NCBI GenBank assembly: GCA_016840405.1
Contig: JAEOSK010000005.1
Coordinates: 39,797 to 103,796 of the forward strand
Reading direction: 5' to 3'
DNA length: 64,000 bases
Source of the DNA: Candidatus Hermodarchaeum yapensis
GTDB taxonomy: Archaea > Asgardarchaeota > Hermodarchaeia > Hermodarchaeales > Hermodarchaeaceae
Shown: positions 56,415 through 64,000 of the stretch, in pieces
How the letters are laid out: every line of letters begins with the position of its first letter
How positions within the stretch are numbered: the stretch's first letter is position 1
Notes under the pieces: model-generated
Seen by the model: only the letters and a program-made list of their open reading frames with translations
Told to the model about the DNA's origin: nothing
Databases searched by the model: none
Translations under genes and position numbers: made by a program

Positions 56415-58343
56415 CTAGTAGCGTTCATAGATTTTGAACAGGACGATAAAGACAACAACGACTAGAGCCACAGCACTCAATAGTAACAGACTCAATGCTG
56501 GATCAAGGCCGATTAACGACCCTTGAATTATATAGGCAAAGGTCGTTGTTCGTCCTGTGTTGTCAAGAGTGTCTGTGGCATTAATGTAGAAGTAGGCTGA
56601 TTCGAACTGGTAATTCGGCATCCTTAGTGGGTAGGATGGGATGACTGCTTGATAGATTGAATCGCCGATGTGTACCATCTCGAGGGGGGAGAGAAAGTTG
56701 ATTCCATCGAATGAGTAGTAGAGTTGCACACTGCTTACTCCGGAACCGTCTATCACCGTGGCATTCATAGTAACAGTGTTCTCATCGGTGGGGTTGGCGG
56801 GGAGAAATGATACGAAGCTTATTGCAGGTGGTCTATCAGCAACGGTATATGAAAAGATGGTTGATGTGTACCAGGCATCTTGTGTGTCATTAACGTAGAT
56901 TCGATACTGAACAAGCTCTTGTTCCGGAAATGGTGGAATAGTTGTCGTATAATTGGCGAGTTTGCTTCGCGACCCACGCATAGTGAGGTTGATCCAAATA
57001 CTCTGAATGGGATCAAGGTAGCTACATATTGCTGTGTGAATTAATGCATCGTCGGTGAGTTCTCCTGTCACCTCGACAAAGTCGGTATCAGAAGCAGGAT
57101 AGGGGTTCGTAACAGAGAGGGTGACATTTGGTGGATCCCGGTCAATGAGGAAGGATTCGGAGAAGAGGCTCGTAGCATTAACAGCAGTCCGATTGCTAGC
57201 GCCTATTGAGTGGAAGAAGGTTGACACCCGATAGTATTCCCCAATCGAAAGTGATCCTTGTTCGATATAATAACTGATATTCAAATTTTCAACAAACCAG
57301 TAACTCCCGACTCCATTCCAGTTCAAGGTGGTGTTAACGGCAGGAGTCACATCACCAAGGAGGTAAATACTGAAGTTTTGGATGCTTACGTCCGTATCAG
57401 TGAGGTTCCCAAAGATGGAATGCCATACCCATGAAACCGTGATGTTCAGAGTCTGCACGTCCCGACCAATGTAGCTGATAATAGGTCTAGCAATCCGGAT
57501 ATAGGGACCCTTGAAGGTGAATGCGTCTGATTTCGCACTTGTTCCATATTGTTGGGGGAGGCGGATGGAGTAATTGGCGGAAACCACAATTCTGTAGGAT
57601 TCATTGGGGATTAACGTGGAGATATTGAGTTCGTGTACTTCCCAATATGTTGAAGTTATATTGTACTGGAGTACAAAATGGAATTCCGTGACATTGGTGG
57701 GTGCATCTGCTTCCTCAAAACCAATGGTGTTATTACTGACCTGATTCAGCGTCCCCCATACTGTACTGGCAATGTATTCTACCCAAACATCAATGGTATC
57801 TGATGTATCTCCGATGTATGTGAAATCGGGATCCCCAATTGTCAGGTAGTGCTGATAATCGAAAGATGTGGACCAGCCTGTCGTTTCAGTCCAGATATCT
57901 CCCGATGCATTGTATTCAAACCGGCATCTTACCTTATACACTGAATAATTTAGGTTCGATGGAAACAGGCTATAATTTAGCGCGGCCCATCCGGTTCCAT
58001 CAATGTATTGGAGATCATCTTCAAACACTATGGATGAATTTTCATCGAAGTAAATACCAAATTTGTGAAGGAGCAGATCGCCATCTTGACATACGCCATG
58101 ATCCCTAGCAATGACCTCTTCTACAACGACATCAAGTAACGAAGAGTTCCCATCTGGGGTGTCAGGTGTGTAAGGTTCGTAGGTGATAAGGGGATCCGTG
58201 GCGTTCAAATCATACTCTGCAGGAACGACCGGACCTCCAGAAACCACTGCAGGAGCTGTTGGTTGAGCCCCGAATAGGGGTGGTAAAAGTGGTAATGCCA
58301 CCAAAAGGATGAGAAACGAGGTACTCAGGATTCGGCGTCGCAC
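56415..58343 (-). CDS. Membrane-anchored surface glycoprotein with Ig/FN3-like domains
   Basis: Signal peptide, D.DPP/DRPP-initiated beta domains, many NxS/T sites, C-terminal TM helix. Confidence 0.8.
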   Translation of the reverse strand: MRRRILSTSFLILLVALPLLPPLFGAQPTAPAVVSGGPVVPAEYDLNATDPLITYEPYTPDTPDGNSSLLDVVVEEVIARDHGVCQDGDLLLHKFGIYFDENSSIVFEDDLQYIDGTGWAALNYSLFPSNLNYSVYKVRCRFEYNASGDIWTETTGWSTSFDYQHYLTIGDPDFTYIGDTSDTIDVWVEYIASTVWGTLNQVSNNTIGFEEADAPTNVTEFHFVLQYNITSTYWEVHELNISTLIPNESYRIVVSANYSIRLPQQYGTSAKSDAFTFKGPYIRIARPIISYIGRDVQTLNITVSWVWHSIFGNLTDTDVSIQNFSIYLLGDVTPAVNTTLNWNGVGSYWFVENLNISYYIEQGSLSIGEYYRVSTFFHSIGASNRTAVNATSLFSESFLIDRDPPNVTLSVTNPYPASDTDFVEVTGELTDDALIHTAICSYLDPIQSIWINLTMRGSRSKLANYTTTIPPFPEQELVQYRIYVNDTQDAWYTSTIFSYTVADRPPAISFVSFLPANPTDENTVTMNATVIDGSGVSSVQLYYSFDGINFLSPLEMVHIGDSIYQAVIPSYPLRMPNYQFESAYFYINATDTLDNTGRTTTFAYIIQGSLIGLDPALSLLLLSAVALVVVVFIVLFKIYERY

Positions 58344-58454
58344 AATCTTTCACCCTCAAAGAGGATAAAGGGTCGTACCCGATGTGATTCCTAAAAAGCT
58401 TGCGGTAACGCACAACGAAACACCCTCAGGATGACCAATTTCAGACGCTTGTAA

Positions 58455-59102
58455 CTATTTGTCAGATCTCAATGGGAGGAGATGGTCTGAACTGTTCAGC
58501 ACTGAGAGAGTTTTTTCCTCCCAGTCATTGATGCGTAGATGAGTAATGCTGCATGTATCAATGTCAAAGTCAAACTGTGATTGCTTCGTCACGGGGATTT
58601 CAAGCCACCAATAGATACAGGATCTTATTGCATTCCCGTGGCTAACTATGACTACGAGTTCTTCCCGTTTTTCATCAATTTTGTTGAGAAACTTTGCGAG
58701 GCGTTCATAGAGCATCCGTCGACTTTCAGCTCCAGTAAAGGGAACCCAATCAATCAGAGGTTTGGTCTTTGGCAATTCTAACTTTTGAGTCTCTTCTAAA
58801 GTCATGTCAATTGCAATTCCCCAATTTAGTTCTCGTAAAGCCTCATCATAAAGTGGCGTGATCCCGAGAATTTTCCCAATGATTTGAGCCGTCTCAACTG
58901 CCCGTTCCAAATCACTTGCATATAGAATGGGAGTTCGACCAAGAACAAAGGATTGTAGCCGATTTCCTGTTAGTTCAGCTTGTTTTATCCCCAGATCCGT
59001 AAGTCCCGTGTTCGTCCAACCGCCAGTCAAACCCTGTACATGATGTTCTGATTCTCCATGACGCACAAGAACGAGCTCTTTCATGCTCTCACCGTATTTC
59101 AA
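58455..59102 (-). CDS. Histidine phosphatase (phosphoglycerate mutase family)
   Basis: LVRHGES, SDLERA and VSHG motifs. Confidence 0.93.
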   Translation of the reverse strand: MKYGESMKELVLVRHGESEHHVQGLTGGWTNTGLTDLGIKQAELTGNRLQSFVLGRTPILYASDLERAVETAQIIGKILGITPLYDEALRELNWGIAIDMTLEETQKLELPKTKPLIDWVPFTGAESRRMLYERLAKFLNKIDEKREELVVIVSHGNAIRSCIYWWLEIPVTKQSQFDFDIDTCSITHLRINDWEEKTLSVLNSSDHLLPLRSDK

Positions 59103-59141
59103 CAGAATTTCAAAGTCTTTTATTATTCAACCGTGGAGACA

Positions 59142-60452
59142 CTAAATTAGAACACTCTCGACTTCCACATCTCGATTAACGAGACCTAGTGCTTTTGATG
59201 ACATTTTTCGACCACCATATAATTCAGCTTCTGACTCGCCACGGTACAATGCATCGGTGATTCGCCCTAAAGCATCGGCTTTCATGATTCCAGAACCACT
59301 CGCGCCAGTCACAACAATCACCCCTGAATGCTCATATACCAGAGGAATGGCATCAACCGAGTAGGCATAATCCCCAGCCCACATATTACCAGGCCGGGCA
59401 TTACTGAAAGCAGGGAAGTATTTACTCAATACAGGATAGACACTCTGTTCGTAATAAGCTCGTTCCGCATTGTAATCGTCTTCCTCCATAGTATACTTGT
59501 ATGTGCGACCTACCTTATCCGCGCACCCAATCCAGAACGATTTTTCCTCAGGTACGCCACGCAGGTAAACGCCTCCGGATGGAAGAATTGTAAACGGTAT
59601 GAAGCCCGTTTTGCTGAACCCTTTAGCAAAGAGGATTTCTTCAAGGGGTTGATGGTCACTAGCTGCAACCATGAAGAGTTGACGTTTCTTGGCTTTCACA
59701 TAGCTTGGGATACCGACGGGATCCAATAGGGTGTTCGTCCATGGTCCCACAGCTACCACGATTTTATCGGCGTGAATTTCTCCTTGTTTAGTTTTGATAC
59801 CGGTAACTAGCTTGTTTTGCCAAACGAGTGGTTCACCGGGTAGTCCAAGACCGGGTTGTGCCTCAAGGAGAAGTTGTTCCACATGGAGGTTAAAGCGGGG
59901 TTTGACTTTGGTGAGTTTAAGAAATTCGTCTTTGTAGAATTGGACAAGAAGGCTGGGGTCCAGAACGCCGCATTCGGCACCGAAGAGCGCATAGTCAACA
60001 TTGTTCAAGTTCATGAGTTCAGCTTCTTCATCTCCAGAAAAATCGGTGACTAGTCCAGGGATGAGTTTCTGAAGTTCTGATTTTTCGATTACTCGGTAGG
60101 CGATGTTGTTGGCTTCCATACGTTGCATCCAGGTTTGCACCGAGGGCTCTTTGAACTGTCGTTCGCTGAGAAGCCAAAGGTATCCACAAAAATGCAGTGT
60201 CAGGTCAAAATCGAGGTCTTCTTGGATATGTCGGAAAAAGTCAATACTGGTATCGGTGAGAAGTTGATTCGTTGAGGAGGAGAACATGTTTCGAATAGCG
60301 GCTGCACTCATCGCAGTGTTGGCTTGTCCAGCATCCGGTTGACTGTCAACAAGAAGGATTGATTTGTTGGGGTTGTTTTTCTGAAGATAGTAAGCACTTG
60401 CTACTCCCAGAATTCCAGCACCAACAACAATGATATCGAATTTTTCGGTCAA
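59142..60452 (-). CDS. FAD-dependent oxidoreductase (DAO/sarcosine oxidase beta/proline dehydrogenase family)
   Basis: DIIVVGAGILG and GASGSGIM motifs; TTG at 60452 preferred. Confidence 0.9.
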   Translation of the reverse strand: MTEKFDIIVVGAGILGVASAYYLQKNNPNKSILLVDSQPDAGQANTAMSAAAIRNMFSSSTNQLLTDTSIDFFRHIQEDLDFDLTLHFCGYLWLLSERQFKEPSVQTWMQRMEANNIAYRVIEKSELQKLIPGLVTDFSGDEEAELMNLNNVDYALFGAECGVLDPSLLVQFYKDEFLKLTKVKPRFNLHVEQLLLEAQPGLGLPGEPLVWQNKLVTGIKTKQGEIHADKIVVAVGPWTNTLLDPVGIPSYVKAKKRQLFMVAASDHQPLEEILFAKGFSKTGFIPFTILPSGGVYLRGVPEEKSFWIGCADKVGRTYKYTMEEDDYNAERAYYEQSVYPVLSKYFPAFSNARPGNMWAGDYAYSVDAIPLVYEHSGVIVVTGASGSGIMKADALGRITDALYRGESEAELYGGRKMSSKALGLVNRDVEVESVLI

Positions 60453-60635
60453 ATCACGTGACCCCCAGGATTTCCAAGAATTATTGGGACTGGCGTTCCA
60501 TATCCTTTTGTTCTTTATGGAAAGTAAAGGTTTCCAAGAGATTTGAGAGTTCATTGACTAAAGAAAGAAGAGAATGGATTGGACTAGGTTGAATCCAATT
60601 TCCAAATAGGTTGACGGTTGTAAATGAATGAGGGT

Positions 60636-61187
60636 TTAGGTGTAGTCGCCTGTAATTCCAACTATGAGACGGAGGGCTCCAAAGAAGACTAAGGCGATTG
60701 AGACTGCAATAGAAACAAGGTCAAGACCCCAAGTCATGGGGAACACAAATGCAGGAATTGTAATACCAATTGCAATAATACCAAAGAGGAAATAGAGAAT
60801 CCTAATCCATTGCTTCATTTCTTTACCCATTGCACCCTGCACTAAAAGGAATATTCCAACAATTAGGATAGCTCCAGAGAGAAGTAACACGAGAATTGTG
60901 GGGAAGAATGTAGGTGCTACAATGAATAATCCACCGAAAATGATCATCATGATACCAATAATGATACTTATGATTCGAGCGTTCATCTCGATGTCCTGAG
61001 CGATTAGGATTTTGATGATTTGCCAGAGTCCTAGAATGATTAGACCAATTCCGAGAATGAAACCGATTCCATAGGCGATAATGAATGAGGGTAGGATAAA
61101 CAATAGTGCTCCGAATACAATGGCGATTACTCCAAGGATAATGTCTAGTATGCGTAACCAGGGGGGTTGATCAGGCATAGAAATCAC
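60636..61187 (-). CDS. HdeD/DUF308-family membrane protein
   Basis: Repeated G..AI..G hairpin TM pairs. Confidence 0.82.
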   Translation of the reverse strand: MISMPDQPPWLRILDIILGVIAIVFGALLFILPSFIIAYGIGFILGIGLIILGLWQIIKILIAQDIEMNARIISIIIGIMMIIFGGLFIVAPTFFPTILVLLLSGAILIVGIFLLVQGAMGKEMKQWIRILYFLFGIIAIGITIPAFVFPMTWGLDLVSIAVSIALVFFGALRLIVGITGDYT

Positions 61188-61291
61188 GTGGTTGAAATTT
61201 GCCCAGTCTCTTCCTTAAATAAACATTGGACTTTTTATATTCGGAGAGATCCGCCTTGACTTTGTAGTAGTTATTTAAAGAGAAATCCTCA

Positions 61292-62998
61292 ATGGGGAAA
61301 CTACTTTCTTCCAAAATACCTAGGATGAGGATTATGGTCTTTGCCCCAATAATTGAAACAGTGCCGCTTCTTGGGACACTCCTGATTTTACTACCAATTA
61401 TCGTCGCCTTATACTTGTTGGCAGTTCGTCGATGGTCAGCAGACAAAGTGGGAGTGGTCGCCTTTGGGTTGGGGTTTTTCATCTCAATTCTCTTCTTTGG
61501 CACTAATCCATTAATCGCCGTTGTGTCCAGCATTGCTGGTATCGTCGCATCCTTCCCCATTTCACTCATGGTCGTCACCTCAATCCTGATGATAACCTAC
61601 ATGGTTCGAACGGGTGCTCTCGCCCGTATCACGGCTTTCTTTAAGACCTTAGGGTCGGGGAGGAAGGCAATTCAAATAATGCTCATTAACGTGGGACTTG
61701 GGCTTTTTCTCGTTGGGTTGGGGGCTACTCCTGTCAGTATGCTTCCACCCGTAATGCTTGCCATGGGCTTCTCTCCGCTAGTTGCAGTAATGTTACCCTC
61801 GATAGGATATGATCCCCTCACAACGTATGCGCTCCTTGGAATTCCGGTATTAGTCTTTTCAGATGCGGTCCCAGACGCGTATTGGACCACACGGTATCCG
61901 GGCGTTGAACCATTGTACATGTCAGGACACATCTTCTCGTTGTACATGCCCATCGTCGCTACGGGAATTGCTTTGGCAATGCTTTGGCTAGCAGGGGGTC
62001 GAAAACTTCTCTTCAACAGGGAAGCCCTTTTGTTAGCATTCGTTACCGGGATTGTCGCTGGTCTAACCTGCTACTTGTGTAATCTCATCTGGGTGGGCTT
62101 TACAACGCTAACCAACATCTTTGCAGGACTTGCAGTTATTGTTGCCATGTTGTCATACTCCAAACTTCGGGGACTGCCCCTTGTGGATAAATCAATACTC
62201 ACAGAGGAGGACCAGCCTGTCATTCAGTCGATGGGACTTCTCCGTGCAATGACTCCTTGGCTGATTCTAATCATCTTCTGTTTCATCGTGAACCTTGTTC
62301 CGCCAATTTACAATCTACTGTTCAATGTCCTGACCTTTCCTATCACTATTGGAATTATAACGTTGAATACGAGATTTCTTTGGAACGCATATTTTTGGGT
62401 TCTCATCGCCACCATCCTAGCGATTCTAATAGACGCACTTTATGCCCGATCTCAAAAGGAAACTCCCAGGTTTCGACAAGAAGTTCGAGACACTATGTCT
62501 ACTTGGGTTCGACGTGTATGGCGACCCTTCGTCTCAGCAGCCATTTTCTTCGCCCTTGCCTACATCATGATCTATTCGGGAAATGTCCTCGCTTCTGACG
62601 GATCTTGGATTCGAATTGACGCATGGAACATGGTGTTTGTCCTCTCTATAGTAACTGCAAACACGTTTGGGCCTTTTTACCCATTGACTGCCGCCTTTCT
62701 AGGTCTTCTTGGTGGCTTTGTGAGTGGTAGCGAAACGTCTACTATCGTTATGTTTCAGCCCTACCATCAACTCACTGCAAGTGCAATTAATGCCCAACCA
62801 CTGATAGTAGGCGCTAGTTCAGGAATTGGTGGTGGCCTCGCTAGCGTCCTGTCTCCGGCCAAGTTGCAGAACGCCGCCGCAGTAATTGATGCAAAAGACA
62901 TAGAGGGTCAGGTTCTGCGAAAGGCACTTCCAATAATATTACTCGTTACTACTGCCGTAGCAATTCTAGCTTTTGTCTGGGGCTATTTCATCCCCTAA
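61292..62998 (+). CDS. L-lactate permease family transporter
   Basis: GLLGGFVSGSETS and SPAKL motifs; many TM helices. Confidence 0.88.
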   Translation: MGKLLSSKIPRMRIMVFAPIIETVPLLGTLLILLPIIVALYLLAVRRWSADKVGVVAFGLGFFISILFFGTNPLIAVVSSIAGIVASFPISLMVVTSILMITYMVRTGALARITAFFKTLGSGRKAIQIMLINVGLGLFLVGLGATPVSMLPPVMLAMGFSPLVAVMLPSIGYDPLTTYALLGIPVLVFSDAVPDAYWTTRYPGVEPLYMSGHIFSLYMPIVATGIALAMLWLAGGRKLLFNREALLLAFVTGIVAGLTCYLCNLIWVGFTTLTNIFAGLAVIVAMLSYSKLRGLPLVDKSILTEEDQPVIQSMGLLRAMTPWLILIIFCFIVNLVPPIYNLLFNVLTFPITIGIITLNTRFLWNAYFWVLIATILAILIDALYARSQKETPRFRQEVRDTMSTWVRRVWRPFVSAAIFFALAYIMIYSGNVLASDGSWIRIDAWNMVFVLSIVTANTFGPFYPLTAAFLGLLGGFVSGSETSTIVMFQPYHQLTASAINAQPLIVGASSGIGGGLASVLSPAKLQNAAAVIDAKDIEGQVLRKALPIILLVTTAVAILAFVWGYFIP

Positions 62999-63080
62999 TT
63001 GAATCTTGAAAACTGATGCAGCAAGATGATTTTATCAATTATTGGGAAAAAGACTTCACCGGTATTTTGTTGGTTCACAA

Positions 63081-64000
63081 TTATTCGATGCACAAGTCCT
63101 CCACAAGAGGATAATCTAGTGCATGCCAGGCGTTCAGCCCTCCCAACGTATTCGAAACGTCAGTGAATCCGTGTTTTCGCAAAATACTAGCAGCAAGGCT
63201 CCCTCGACCTCCCCAACCACACGATGTAGCTAAGGGTTTATCTCGTGGAAGCTCATTGACATGGTTGGCGAGTTCGCCGACATAGATGTATTTCGAGCCA
63301 TCGACGAATCCTGCTTCACATTCGTAGGTTTCACGAACATCGATGAGAAAGAGTTCGTCTCTTTCGAGTTTTTCTTTCAACTGAGTTGCTGTAATCGCAC
63401 CAATTTGCTCTGTTGGTTTCCCTTTGTTTCGCCAAGCGTCAATCCCCGGACACAGGTACCCGATGATGTTATCATAGCCGAGTCGCCAAAGAAACGGTTT
63501 AGCTGTTTCGACGTCTTCGGTGCGTTCCAATACGAGGAGAACCTCTTGGTCATGAGTTAGTACCCAGCCAGGATAGTACGATAATCCATTAAGCCAAATA
63601 CTCAATGAGCCTGGCAGATGTGACGCCGCATAGGCATCGGGATTCCGTGTGTCCACCACGATGGTTTTGGATTTCTCCATGGCTTTCTCAAATTCGGGAA
63701 CTGTCAAAGCCCGTGGAACGGGGGCATCTTGAAGAAGGGGAGGTCCGTTCAGGTTATATTCTTCCATTTTCCGGAAATAGGGTGGACGGCGGAGTTTAAT
63801 ACTCATGACATGTTCGATGAATGCATCTTTGTCAAGTTGCAAGACATGATTGTGGTGGCGTTCGTATCCAATTGTGCTAAAATTGCGGTCACTGAGTGCA
63901 TGACCACAAATAGATCCCGCACCATGCGAGGGATAGATGATGACATCGTCACCGAGGGGGAGGAGCTTCTCGTGAAGGCTATGATATTGTTTCTCCGTCA
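63081..64000 (-). CDS. MBL-fold hydrolase with tandem rhodanese domains (5' end outside window)
   Basis: Frame stays open to the edge: IYPSHGAGSICG...STIGYER, then two rhodanese domains (CGWGGR). Confidence 0.9.
   Translation of the reverse strand, partial: TEKQYHSLHEKLLPLGDDVIIYPSHGAGSICGHALSDRNFSTIGYERHHNHVLQLDKDAFIEHVMSIKLRRPPYFRKMEEYNLNGPPLLQDAPVPRALTVPEFEKAMEKSKTIVVDTRNPDAYAASHLPGSLSIWLNGLSYYPGWVLTHDQEVLLVLERTEDVETAKPFLWRLGYDNIIGYLCPGIDAWRNKGKPTEQIGAITATQLKEKLERDELFLIDVRETYECEAGFVDGSKYIYVGELANHVNELPRDKPLATSCGWGGRGSLAASILRKHGFTDVSNTLGGLNAWHALDYPLVEDLCIE

Noticed and set aside
1-64000. CRISPR arrays, IS elements, tRNA or rRNA genes
   Set aside because: No regularly spaced repeats, transposase motifs, cloverleafs or rRNA signatures seen by eye; tRNAscan-SE would be needed to exclude intron-containing tRNAs.

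Overview
A 64-kb segment of an archaeal chromosome, almost certainly from an Asgard archaeon (class not determinable here). Archaeal markers are egsA, TFB, archaeal-type proS, GGTGA Shine-Dalgarno sites and TATA boxes. Eukaryotic-signature proteins include a two-domain gelsolin, a Sec23/24-like protein, three longin-domain proteins (fused to a Yip1-like domain, to an NPRL2-like winged-helix tail, and to a small GTPase) and a B-box protein. Most other genes are metabolic: kbl/tdh, acyl-CoA dehydrogenase, a corrinoid methyltransferase cluster, transporters, two orphan DNA methyltransferases and large surface proteins. I saw no rRNA, tRNA, CRISPR array or transposase. Four things are least explained by ordinary annotation. 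(1) At 55.6-56.2 kb, a two-gene unit encodes a 57-aa stand-alone actobindin/WH2-like peptide behind a divergent gelsolin-like protein. (2) At 33.7-36.5 kb, around a DUF362 gene, there are four strongly base-paired non-coding elements with promoter or terminator signals, plus two unannotated 48-49-aa basic peptides sharing a CxNPxA motif. (3) A tandem pair of coiled-coil/winged-helix proteins lies at 0.9-2.4 kb. (4) An AT-rich, repeat-flanked gap at 5.8-6.25 kb resembles a replication origin. All family assignments come from motif recognition by eye; no searches were run.
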